From positions 512,001-576,000 of the forward strand of contig CBDBHE010000007.1 in NCBI GenBank assembly GCA_965205605.1: a stretch of DNA of 64,000 bases. Reading direction: 5' to 3'. The stretch's first letter is position 1; each line of letters begins with the position of its first letter. The stretch is from Spirochaetota bacterium. Lineage in GTDB: Bacteria > Spirochaetota > UBA12135 > COTS27 > CBDBHE01. The translations under genes and the position numbers were made by a program. The notes under the pieces are model-generated. The model made no database searches, was not told the DNA's origin, and saw only the letters and a program-made list of their open reading frames with translations. This document shows positions 20,274 through 29,364 of this stretch, piece after piece.

Positions 20274-21686
20274 TTGAAGGAAAAGTTTCAAATGGGATCT
20301 TCTAGTGGAAATTTTAAGAAATCAAAACCAAGGTTTCGTAGTCATCCAAATAATAATTTTAATCATAAGAAGAAAGAAAACTATGTAGAAGTGATCCCAC
20401 AAGGCAAAAATGCTTTAGAAGGCAAGCGGATTTATCTTGATGAACTCAATCGAAAAGATATTCGTGAGCTTGTGCAAATGGCGAAAGATTTAGGGGCAAG
20501 TACTGAAGGAGAAGTCACTAAGCAAAAAGTGATTTATAAGATTCTTGAAAAGTCAATTACTAATAATGATGTGGTTATTTATGCTACTGGTGTTTTAGAA
20601 AGGCTTTCAGAAGGTTATGGATTTGTTCGTTCTGTAGAATATAATTATTTACCGGGCTCGGATGATATTTATGTTTCTCCTGCTCAAATAAGGACTTATA
20701 ACCTTAGAACAGGAGATACTATTTTGGGTCAGATACGACCCCCTAAGCCGAGTGAAAAATATTTTGCTATGTTGATGATCCATGAAGTTAATTTTATTAA
20801 GGTTGATGATTTAAAAAATCGTGTTTCTTTTGATTCGCTTACACCTTATTATGCCACTTCTAAGCTTTGTTTAGAAGATCTTTATAATAACTATGCCACT
20901 CGAATGATTGATTTGTTTTGTCCCATTGGAAAAGGACAAAGGGCTCTCATTGTTTCTCCTCCTAAAGCTGGAAAGACGATATTACTTCAAACAGTTGCCA
21001 ATGCGATTGCTAAAAATCATCCAGAATGTTATACGATTGTTCTGTTAATTGATGAAAGACCAGAAGAAGTAACTGATATGAAGCGTAATGTCAAAGCAGA
21101 AGTCATTTCTTCAACTTTTGATGAACCAGCGATTCGTCATGTCAATGTTGCTAAAATGGTCATTGAAAAAGCAGAAAGATTAGTTGAGAATAAATATGAT
21201 GTGGTTATTTTACTTGATAGTCTTACTCGTTTAGCGCGTGCTTATAATCAAGTAGAGCCTGCTTCAGGGAAAATTTTATCAGGGGGAGTTGATTCAAATG
21301 CCCTTCATAAGCCTAAGCGATTTTTTGGAGCTGCTCGTAACATTGAAGAAGGTGGCTCGCTTACTATTATTGCAACTGCCCTTATTGATACAGGTAGTAA
21401 AATGGATGAGGTTATTTTTGAAGAATTTAAAGGGACTGGTAACATGGAGCTTTTGCTTTCAAGAAGAATTTCTGAAAGACGTATTTTCCCAGCGATTGAT
21501 ATTCGTCGTAGTGGGACAAGAAAAGAAGAACTCCTTTTAGGCGAAGCGGTGATCCCTAAAATGTTTGCTCTTAGAAATGCTTTGGCTACTCTTGATGAAA
21601 TAGAAGCCATTGATTTGGTTTTAAGTAAAATGAAAATGACCAAAGATAATGAAAATTTTTTGAAAGCCATGAATTCTTCTAGCTAA
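20274..21686 (+). CDS. rho: Transcription termination factor Rho
   Basis: [55 protein letters not shown]. Confidence 0.98.
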   Translation: MKEKFQMGSSSGNFKKSKPRFRSHPNNNFNHKKKENYVEVIPQGKNALEGKRIYLDELNRKDIRELVQMAKDLGASTEGEVTKQKVIYKILEKSITNNDVVIYATGVLERLSEGYGFVRSVEYNYLPGSDDIYVSPAQIRTYNLRTGDTILGQIRPPKPSEKYFAMLMIHEVNFIKVDDLKNRVSFDSLTPYYATSKLCLEDLYNNYATRMIDLFCPIGKGQRALIVSPPKAGKTILLQTVANAIAKNHPECYTIVLLIDERPEEVTDMKRNVKAEVISSTFDEPAIRHVNVAKMVIEKAERLVENKYDVVILLDSLTRLARAYNQVEPASGKILSGGVDSNALHKPKRFFGAARNIEEGGSLTIIATALIDTGSKMDEVIFEEFKGTGNMELLLSRRISERRIFPAIDIRRSGTRKEELLLGEAVIPKMFALRNALATLDEIEAIDLVLSKMKMTKDNENFLKAMNSSS

Positions 21687-21701
21687 AAGGAAAAAAATAT
21701 T

Positions 21702-21911
21702 ATGTTTCAAATTGCTCAAAATTTAATTGAAATCTTTTTTAGAATTCTTTTAGCCATTACTTTTTCTTGGGTTTTATTTAAGTCTTCTTTAATTTTATTT
21801 AATTTTTCTATTGAAAAAGAGCTTAAAAGAGAAAATAAAGCCATTGCTTTATTTTGGGTAGGGTTTTTAATTTTAATAGGCCTTATTGTTTCTTTATTTA
21901 AAGGAATTTAA
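21702..21911 (+). CDS. Small membrane protein (DUF350-like)
   Basis: Two TM helices flanking IEKELKREN.AIA; AAGGA RBS. Confidence 0.6.
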   Translation: MFQIAQNLIEIFFRILLAITFSWVLFKSSLILFNFSIEKELKRENKAIALFWVGFLILIGLIVSLFKGI

Positions 21912-21957
21912 GATTTATTAGATTTTTTTTATAACTTTTTTTAAAGAAGTATTTCTT

Positions 21958-22373
21958 ATGAAATTTGTTTATGAAAAAGGTCGTAAACACTCAGGTAGCT
22001 TTTTTTAAAAGAAGAGCAATGTTTTATTAAATTTGATCATAATCAAATTGATTTTTTTTTCACCAACTCATTTTGCTATAGGTCTTTTAGAATTTATTTT
22101 AAAACATTATGATAAAATCCTCTATGGGTGTCTTTTTTCTTTTTATATTGAAAATTTTTCTAAGTTATTCTCTGTTAAAAATAAAAATTTGATTAGTCTT
22201 TTTAAAAAAAGGATTCAAAAAAATTCTATTGGTCATCATTTGAAAGCTATAAAAAATTATTTATTTTTGTAAGGAAATCAATTTTTTTATATCAAAAGAA
22301 AAAAATGGAATGTGTAAAGCCTCTGGTAGAAAGGTATCAAGGTATTTTTGATCATTATCTTAATTTTACTTAA
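21958..22373 (+). pseudogene. Possible frameshifted hypothetical gene
   Basis: Short frames (MKFVYEKGRKHSG..., 22033-22272 ORF, MECVKPLVERYQG...) joined at T homopolymers. Confidence 0.3.
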
Positions 22374-22412
22374 TTTTCAAAAAAATAAAAAATAAAAGAT
22401 GAAAGATGAAAG

Positions 22413-23048
22413 ATGAAAAAGATGAATAAGTGGTTTTATGAAAATACTTTAAGGTGTGATTACGCCATGGTAGCAGGAGGCGATGAAGTAGGGCGAGGGT
22501 GTTTGGCAGGGCCTGTTGTTGCCGCTATTGTTTGTCTTGATCCTAATAAAATAAATCTTGAAATTGATGATTCTAAAAAACTTTCAGAAAAATTAAGAAA
22601 CCAACTGTCTCTTTGGATCCAACAAAATGCTTTTGATTATGGAATCGGTCTTGCAAGTCCTAAAGAAGTGGATCGTTATAATATTTTTCAAGCTACAAAG
22701 CTTGCTTTTTTAAGAGCGTATCAAAAAATTTCTTTAAAAATTGATTTTTTACTTTTAGATGCTCTTTTTGTTTCTAAAATACCTGTTAGACAAAAAGCTT
22801 TGATTAAAGGAGACCAAAAATCTTTTTCTATTGCAGCAGCTTCTATTTTGGCAAAAGTTTATCGAGATAACTTGATGAAAGGTTATCATAAAAAATATCC
22901 CTTTTATGACTTTGATCAACATAAAGGATATGGAGTCCCTTCACACCTTAAAAAGATTGAACATAAAGGACCTTGTTTACTTCATCGTAAATCTTTTGCT
23001 CCTATAAAAAAAATTGATGTTTTTAAGAAAAAATATTTAATTGAGTAA
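22413..23048 (+). CDS. rnhB: Ribonuclease HII
   Basis: GGDEVGRGCLAGPV, DDSKKL, IAAASILAKVYRD, HKGYG, HRKSF. Confidence 0.97.
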   Translation: MKKMNKWFYENTLRCDYAMVAGGDEVGRGCLAGPVVAAIVCLDPNKINLEIDDSKKLSEKLRNQLSLWIQQNAFDYGIGLASPKEVDRYNIFQATKLAFLRAYQKISLKIDFLLLDALFVSKIPVRQKALIKGDQKSFSIAAASILAKVYRDNLMKGYHKKYPFYDFDQHKGYGVPSHLKKIEHKGPCLLHRKSFAPIKKIDVFKKKYLIE

Positions 23049-23055
23049 ATTTTCT

Positions 23056-23082
23056 TAAATTATTACCATTTTTTTCCGAAAG
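23056..23082 (+). promoter_or_regulatory. Possible sigma28-like promoter upstream of the HD-GYP gene
   Basis: TAAA-N15-TCCGAAAG. Confidence 0.3.
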
Positions 23083-23293
23083 TAACTTTATGTCATAAAA
23101 GAAACTAATTCAAGGACGAATGAATTTTTCTAGAAATAATTCTAGAATCGATTACAAGGAGGTAATTAATAATGGATTTCTTTTTCCATAAAACTTTTTT
23201 TTTAAAAAAGCTTCATCATTTATTTTACTTCACTATATTTTTAATTAGTTATTTCTTTTATAATTTTATTAGTATCGAAAGAGGATTTTTATT

Positions 23294-24448
23294 ATGGAAA
23301 TAAAAGTAGCTGATATTGATTTAAATCAAACCTTTGATCAATATCTTTCTTTTGAAAAAGATTTTTTTATTCTTCCCCCTAAAGTAGCAGTAAGTTCAGA
23401 ATTGCTAAATCTTTTTAAAAAATGGAACATCAAAGGATGTTCTTTAGTAGAGCTTCGAAGTGTTATTGAAGTCAAGAAAAGAGTTTCAACTACTAATTTT
23501 TTTATAAGTTATGAAGAAAAAAAAAAAGTGTATGAAAAAGTTTTTTCTCATTTTGAAAAAATTCTTAGAGTTTTTTATGGAGATATGCTTGGACGAGGCG
23601 TGGGGCATATAAAACAAATCAGGGAAGAAAGTGACAATGTTATTTCTTTACTTTTAACGGATCCAGATATTTTTAAATTTAATGTGATGCTGTATCTTAG
23701 TAGAATTAAGAATAATTATAACTTTACAAAAACTTCTTTTGCGATGTCTTTACTGACGATTATTGTTGGGTATGGGTTAAAACTTGATAAATCAAAATTA
23801 AAGATTTTGTTTGAATGTGCGTTGTTTTCTGATGTTGGAATGTTGAAAGTGCCCCTTAAAATTATGTTAAAAAAGGAGCCACTCACACCAAAAGAAAAAG
23901 AAATCGTTGAAAACCATTGTGTGGATAGTTATAAACTCATTTCACAAAATATGAAATTACCTAAGTTTTACTCTATAGTGGCTCTTTGTCATCATGAACA
24001 TATTGATGGAACAGGGTTTCCTAGAAGAATGAAAGGGGAGCAGATTCCTATTTTTTCTAAAATTATTTGTATTATTCAAGAATTTGTGGCTCTTTTTTTA
24101 GGGCAATTAAAAAAGAAAGATGCTTCTTTTAATCAGTCTATTAAGATATTAGTGGCTTTATCAGAAAAAAGATTTGAAAAAAGTTTGGTTAATTATTTTA
24201 TTTCTCTTTTTTCATTTTATCCTTTGACTTCTTTAGTTAAATTGAGCTCAGGGGAAGTTGCGATTGTTGTAAAAGCTAATTTAGATGATCTTTTTTTTCC
24301 TTTAGTGAAACTTGTCCGAAATGTTAAAGGAGATTTTTTAAAAAAAAAAGAATCTTTTTCTGTTGATTTAAAGAAAATGAACTTAACCATTACAGATGAA
24401 TTTATTGATGAAAAATTTAATAAAAGAGTTTTGGATGTCCTTTTCTAA
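23294..24448 (+). CDS. HD-GYP domain protein, degenerate
   Basis: SDVGMLKVP (HD reads SD), HHEHIDGTGFP, typical YP..V.LSSGE C-terminal domain. Confidence 0.85.
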   Translation: MEIKVADIDLNQTFDQYLSFEKDFFILPPKVAVSSELLNLFKKWNIKGCSLVELRSVIEVKKRVSTTNFFISYEEKKKVYEKVFSHFEKILRVFYGDMLGRGVGHIKQIREESDNVISLLLTDPDIFKFNVMLYLSRIKNNYNFTKTSFAMSLLTIIVGYGLKLDKSKLKILFECALFSDVGMLKVPLKIMLKKEPLTPKEKEIVENHCVDSYKLISQNMKLPKFYSIVALCHHEHIDGTGFPRRMKGEQIPIFSKIICIIQEFVALFLGQLKKKDASFNQSIKILVALSEKRFEKSLVNYFISLFSFYPLTSLVKLSSGEVAIVVKANLDDLFFPLVKLVRNVKGDFLKKKESFSVDLKKMNLTITDEFIDEKFNKRVLDVLF

Positions 24449-24791
24449 AGGAAAGCTTTATGAAGAAAAAGTTGCTAAATATCTTAAGTCAAAAGGTTAT
24501 GAAGTTGTTGTTCAAAATTACCGTTTTCAGCATCTTGAAATTGATCTTATTGCTTTTAAGTCAAAAGTGCTTATTTTTTTTGAAGTTAAATTTCGAAAAG
24601 TGCACCAAGATTACAATCCGTACGCAGCAATTGATGAAAAGAAGAAAAAAAATGTGGCTCTTTGTTCGAGTTATTTTCTTGATCAACATGCTAGGTTTCA
24701 AGAATTTTTTTGTCGCTATGATGCTATTTTTATACTGGATCAAAAAGGATCTGAAAAAATTTATCATTTTAAGGATATCTATCGTCTTTAG
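24435..24791 (+). CDS. yraN: YraN family (UPF0102) nuclease
   Basis: KGKLYEEKVAKYL..KGY, EIDLIA, FFEVK, RYDAI. Confidence 0.9.
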   Translation: MSFSKGKLYEEKVAKYLKSKGYEVVVQNYRFQHLEIDLIAFKSKVLIFFEVKFRKVHQDYNPYAAIDEKKKKNVALCSSYFLDQHARFQEFFCRYDAIFILDQKGSEKIYHFKDIYRL

Positions 24792-24858
24792 CATGTAATA
24801 TAAATGCAGCTAGAAAAACAAACATGGAGGTTTGAGATTATGAAAAAGGAATTCATTT

Positions 24859-24981
24859 ATGAAATCGGCTACTATTATTGATTATAAAAAAATCGATAAT
24901 ATTAAACGTATGATCAATAAAAAAGAGTATATTGATAAGGCAATAAACCAATTGGCCTATGAAATTATGTGGGTCTTTTAA
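24859..24981 (+). CDS. 40-aa small protein, not in the ORF track
   Basis: MKSATIIDYKKIDNIKRMINKKEYIDKAINQLAYEIMWVF; AAAGGA RBS 8 nt upstream. Confidence 0.55.
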   Translation: MKSATIIDYKKIDNIKRMINKKEYIDKAINQLAYEIMWVF

Positions 24982-25052
24982 ATCAAAGTAAAATTGTGTT
25001 GTTAGTAAAAAAAGTACTAACAACACAAAATTTTTAAACTATCATTTTTTGT

Positions 25053-25433
25053 ATGTTAACTGAAAAAAAAATAAATATTAAAAATATTCTTATTGTTGAT
25101 GATGAAATAGAGATTCGTTTGTATTTTAAAAAAATACTTGAACAACAAGGGTATTGTACTTATATGGTTGAAAATCCTTTAAAATTGATGCCTATTTTAA
25201 AATTAATAAAAATTTCATTAATTCTTTTAGATATTAATTTACCTTGGATTGATGGTAGAGAGATTTGTAAAGCGATTAAAAAAAATAATGCATTTAATAA
25301 GATTAAAATCATTTGTGTTTCTGGGGTTTTTCTTAATAAAAAAATCTGTTTAGAATCAGGTTGTGATGCTTATTTGAAGAAACCTTTTGAAAAGTTTGAG
25401 CTTGTAAAAATTGTTAATTCTGTTTTTAAATAA
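25053..25433 (+). CDS. Single-domain response regulator
   Basis: ILIVDDE, LLDINLPWIDG, CVSG, YLKKPF. Confidence 0.92.
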   Translation: MLTEKKINIKNILIVDDEIEIRLYFKKILEQQGYCTYMVENPLKLMPILKLIKISLILLDINLPWIDGREICKAIKKNNAFNKIKIICVSGVFLNKKICLESGCDAYLKKPFEKFELVKIVNSVFK

Positions 25434-25436
25434 TTT

Positions 25437-26147
25437 TTAAAAACAGGCTTCTAAAATTCTTTTATCTTTAGAATAAGTGATCTTTGGATTAGGATAAACA
25501 AGAGAGATGGTTGTAATGGGCTTTTTTGAAAAAGCATAAATTTCAGCATCATCAGTTGGAAGATGATTGATTTTGTTTTGTTTGAAAAAAGTTTCATAAG
25601 CTTGTTTTAAAGAGTTTAGAGGAAAACATTGAGGGGTAGAGGTTGCTTTAAATTGATGGCGTTTAGGGTGAGAGGCAATAAAACCTAAGGAATTGACTTG
25701 TTTTATGGTATCGTTTAAATCTTCTGTGGGAATAGTTGCTATTTTTTTTTGATAAGCTTGTCTTAAGATATTTTTAATGTCTTTTAAATGAATCAGTGGT
25801 CTTGCTCCATCATGGATTAAAACATAGTTTGTTTTTTTATTAACATGTTGTAGTGCATTATAAACAGAAAGATAGCGTTCTTTGCCGCCTTGTACAAGTT
25901 GAATACAATCTAGCTTTTTTTTAAAAGCAGCTTCTTTTTTTAATTGGGCAGAAACTAAAGATTCTTTTTTAGCAGGGAGGGTGATCACAATTTCTTTGAT
26001 GATGCTTACTTGTGAAAATGTTTTTAAAGCATACCAATATAAAGGTTTTTTTTTAAAAAGAATGAACTGTTTTTCTACTTTAGATCCAAAACGTTTCCCT
26101 TTTCCAGCACAAAGAAAAATAAGAGAAACGCTTTTGTTTTGAATCAA
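25437..26147 (-). CDS. ispD: 2-C-methyl-D-erythritol 4-phosphate cytidylyltransferase
   Basis: AGKGKRFG..KQF, GGKER..SVYNAL, IHDGARP, TPQCF, TDDA, NPKITY. Confidence 0.95.
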   Translation of the reverse strand: MIQNKSVSLIFLCAGKGKRFGSKVEKQFILFKKKPLYWYALKTFSQVSIIKEIVITLPAKKESLVSAQLKKEAAFKKKLDCIQLVQGGKERYLSVYNALQHVNKKTNYVLIHDGARPLIHLKDIKNILRQAYQKKIATIPTEDLNDTIKQVNSLGFIASHPKRHQFKATSTPQCFPLNSLKQAYETFFKQNKINHLPTDDAEIYAFSKKPITTISLVYPNPKITYSKDKRILEACF

Positions 26148-26161
26148 TTAATTTTAATTAG

Positions 26162-27145
26162 TTAAGAATGATTATTACTATTACTTCCAGAAAGGAGTTT
26201 ACAAAAAGCGATTCTTCCAGAATCATTTTGAATATAAGAAGTCACCAAAACCATTTTAGAAGATCCGATATGTTTTTCTCCATCTTCAATAACAACCATT
26301 GTATCATTTTCCAAGTAACCGATACCTTGTTTTTTATTATTCCCTTTTTTTGAGATAGCGACTTTAACTTTATCACCGATAGCAAGAGTTGGTTTTAAAA
26401 AGAAGGCAAGTTGGTTAATGTTAAGGACTTCGACACCTTCTACTTCGGCAACTTTGACGAGGTTGTAGTCAGTGGTGATAATTTTGGCTTTTTTATCTTT
26501 TGCCATTTGCAGAAGTTTATTATCAACTCCTTTAATTTTAGGATAATCTTCTTTGGTGATTTGAATTGAAACGGTATCAGAATTTTTCATGATTTTTAGA
26601 AAATCAAGCCCTTTTCTTCCCTTGAGCCTTTTTTCATGAATGGTACTATCAGAAATTAATTGCATCTCCCTAATAACAAATTCAGGAATCACAATCGATT
26701 TTGGCATAAAACCACTTTTACTAATATCGAGAATTCTCCCATCAATAATAGCACAAGTATCAACTAAAGCAAGTTGTAAAGGATTTTCTGATTTTGGAAT
26801 TTTTTTTCTAAAATAAAGACTAGAAACTCCTATTTGAAAAGCACTGTAAGTTGCAAATAAAAGCATGTGGGTTAGACAAAAAGAAGATAAAGAAGATTTT
26901 TTAAGAGGAAGGTAAACTTCTAAAGATAAAATGCTTTTGAAAAAAAAAATAATTGAAAAAAAAAGAACAATTAAAATAGTGGTTGTTAAAATTTTATAAA
27001 ACTCTACTTTTCGGATTAAATAATATTCAACAAAAAGCAAAGCTCCAACAGAAATAATAAAAGAAGTTAATTTTAAAATTAAATTAATCTCTTCAAAGGT
27101 AAAAATAGTAAATGCAAAAATAGTAATAAAAAGAAATTTAAACAT
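26162..27145 (-). CDS. Membrane PIN/TRAM domain protein (YacL-like)
   Basis: TM N-terminus; VDTCAIIDGRI, TTDYNL.KVA, QGIGYL.NDTMVVIEDG. Confidence 0.92.
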   Translation of the reverse strand: MFKFLFITIFAFTIFTFEEINLILKLTSFIISVGALLFVEYYLIRKVEFYKILTTTILIVLFFSIIFFFKSILSLEVYLPLKKSSLSSFCLTHMLLFATYSAFQIGVSSLYFRKKIPKSENPLQLALVDTCAIIDGRILDISKSGFMPKSIVIPEFVIREMQLISDSTIHEKRLKGRKGLDFLKIMKNSDTVSIQITKEDYPKIKGVDNKLLQMAKDKKAKIITTDYNLVKVAEVEGVEVLNINQLAFFLKPTLAIGDKVKVAISKKGNNKKQGIGYLENDTMVVIEDGEKHIGSSKMVLVTSYIQNDSGRIAFCKLLSGSNSNNHS

Positions 27146-27228
27146 GATGATTTTTAAAACGATTTGAAAAAAAAAAATTATGCTCTAAGATCTTTAAAAA
27201 AAAGTTTAGAAACAATGGATAGACAACT

Positions 27229-27777
27229 TTAATTAGCCGATCCAACTAAACTATCGAGCTTATCAGAGATAATAGAATTAATTTCTTCTTCGTTTGTTTC
27301 TCCAGAAATTGATAATTCTTTAATGAGCATCCGATAAGCATTTTCAAATTGTTTTCTTTCCATTACAGATAAGGATTTGGTTTTATTTCTAACAAAAAGC
27401 TCTTTAACAACATCAACGATGTTTTTAATTTCTCCTGTTTTAAGCTTGCTAATATTTTCTTGAAATCGTAGCTTCCAATTTTCTTCAATGTTATTAGGAT
27501 ATTCACTTAGGGTTTTGATGATGTTTTTAATATCTTCTTTTTTGATAATATGCCTAAGTCCCATAGAAGTTGCATTTTCAGTTGGAATAGAAATAATCAT
27601 TCCAGAGTCTTTTAGTTTAATACGGTAAAATTTTTTTTGCTCGCCCTTAAGAGCTCTTTTATTTATTTCTTCAATAAGACCTACCCCATGTAATGGATAA
27701 ACAACATGTTCATTAATTTTAAAATGATTAACATTTGCCATTAAAAACATCTTATCATTTTTTATAAAAATAGACAA
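27229..27777 (-). CDS. carD: CarD family transcriptional regulator (start probably about 27741)
   Basis: VVYPLHGVGLI, NWKLRF..N..KLKTG, LIKELS. Confidence 0.93.
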   Translation of the reverse strand: MSIFIKNDKMFLMANVNHFKINEHVVYPLHGVGLIEEINKRALKGEQKKFYRIKLKDSGMIISIPTENATSMGLRHIIKKEDIKNIIKTLSEYPNNIEENWKLRFQENISKLKTGEIKNIVDVVKELFVRNKTKSLSVMERKQFENAYRMLIKELSISGETNEEEINSIISDKLDSLVGSAN

Positions 27778-27854
27778 GGATTATATGAAGAGAAGCCTCA
27801 ATCAACTATTTGAATCAGTGTATAATCAATCTTTATTAAGGAGTTTTTGTTATA

Positions 27855-28880
27855 ATGAATTTATTTCAAGCAACATTTGTTAAAAAAATTTTAATTTTAA
27901 TTTTTTTGTTTCATGTTTTTTTGTTTCAAAAAATATATGCAAAAGAAAAAAAAGTCATTTTAAAACTAGCTACTTTAGCCCCTATTTCTTCTATTTGGGG
28001 GGTTTTAATAAAAGATATTCGAAAAGACGTTTACCTTAAAACTCAAAAAACAGATCAAAAAGTCATTTTAAAAGCTTATTATGGAGGAGTGCAAGGAGAT
28101 GAAGTTGAAATGGGGAAAAAAATTCTTTATGGCCAGTTAGACGGAGGATTTTTTACTGGTAATGGACTAGGTGCTATTTGTAAAGAAGCACGTATTTTAG
28201 ATTTACCTTTAAATTTTAAGTCTTTTAAAGAAGCCAAATATGTGTATAAAGGCATTCAAGCAGATATTAATGCTTATTTTAAGAAAAAAGGATTTTTTTT
28301 ATTAGGGATTGCTCCGATGGGTTATGCTTATTTTTTTTCTAAGAAAAACATTCAAACTTTTGAAGATATTCGTCGTTCTAAAATGTGGATTTGGAAAGGA
28401 GACAAGCTTGTTTATGAAGCGATGAAGATTATGAAGATTCCTTCTGTTAGTGTGGGGTTTAATGAAGTGAAAATTGCTCTTCAAACAGGGTTGATTAATG
28501 GGGTGTATGCGACCCCTACAGCTTTAATTTCTCTTCAGTGGTATCAAGAAATCAGCTACATGCTGGATCAACCTTTAGCCATTGTTTCTAGTGGGGTTGT
28601 TTTTGATCTTAAGTCTTGGAAAAAACTTTCGAGTAAAAATCAAAATTTTTTATCTAGCATTATCGCTAAGCGACTTGAAGAAATGGCCTATAAAAGTTTA
28701 AAAAGTGATGAGATTTCTTTAAAAGAACTCAAAAAAAAAGGGATGAAAATTAATCCTTCTAAACAACCCAAACAAACAGTGATTGATTTTACTTTAAAAC
28801 TAAAGGAAAACCTTAAAGGAAAGATTTTTTCTAAAGAGCTTTTGTTTAAAGTCAATCAATTGCTCAAAGAATTTCGATAG
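27855..28880 (+). CDS. dctP: TRAP transporter substrate-binding protein (TPAT-like DctP)
   Basis: LKLATLAP..S.W, GGVQGDE, GQLDG, KMWIWKGD, ALQTGLI. Confidence 0.9.
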   Translation: MNLFQATFVKKILILIFLFHVFLFQKIYAKEKKVILKLATLAPISSIWGVLIKDIRKDVYLKTQKTDQKVILKAYYGGVQGDEVEMGKKILYGQLDGGFFTGNGLGAICKEARILDLPLNFKSFKEAKYVYKGIQADINAYFKKKGFFLLGIAPMGYAYFFSKKNIQTFEDIRRSKMWIWKGDKLVYEAMKIMKIPSVSVGFNEVKIALQTGLINGVYATPTALISLQWYQEISYMLDQPLAIVSSGVVFDLKSWKKLSSKNQNFLSSIIAKRLEEMAYKSLKSDEISLKELKKKGMKINPSKQPKQTVIDFTLKLKENLKGKIFSKELLFKVNQLLKEFR

Positions 28881-28905
28881 ATTTTTTTTTATTTGTCTTA
28901 AACAA

Positions 28906-29364
28906 ATGAATTTTTTAGATCGTTTTTTAACTAAAACCCTTGAAACCATTTTAGTTGTTTTGTTTTCTTTTTCGCTTGTGCTTTACTTGTTTCAAATTAG
29001 TATGCGTTATCTTTTTCAAATCTCTTTTCTTTGGATTAGTCCACTGATTCAATATTTTTTTATTGTGATGGCTTTTTATGGAGGTGCTTTGGCCGTTAAA
29101 AGTGGAGAAAATATTAAAATTGATCTTTTAAAATCTTTTATCAAAAAAAAATGGGTTTGTATCATCATTAATGGATTTTCTGCTTTGATTACTTTTTTAA
29201 TTATATTGACTTTTTTTCAACATACCATTAGGAGCTATCTTTTAAAAATTACTTCTGAGATTGATATTCCTCTTTGGGTGATGGATTTGCCTTTAATTTT
29301 TTTATTTTGTTGCTCTTTTTTTTATTATTTTCAAAATCTTAAAATACTTTTGAGCCAAAAATGA
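28906..29364 (+). CDS. dctQ: TRAP small permease
   Basis: QISMRY, GGALAVKSGENIKIDL, four TM helices. Confidence 0.9.
   Translation: MNFLDRFLTKTLETILVVLFSFSLVLYLFQISMRYLFQISFLWISPLIQYFFIVMAFYGGALAVKSGENIKIDLLKSFIKKKWVCIIINGFSALITFLIILTFFQHTIRSYLLKITSEIDIPLWVMDLPLIFLFCCSFFYYFQNLKILLSQK

Noticed and set aside
23127-23147. Two TTCTAGAA palindromes upstream of the HD-GYP gene
   Set aside because: Short and AT-rich; likely by chance
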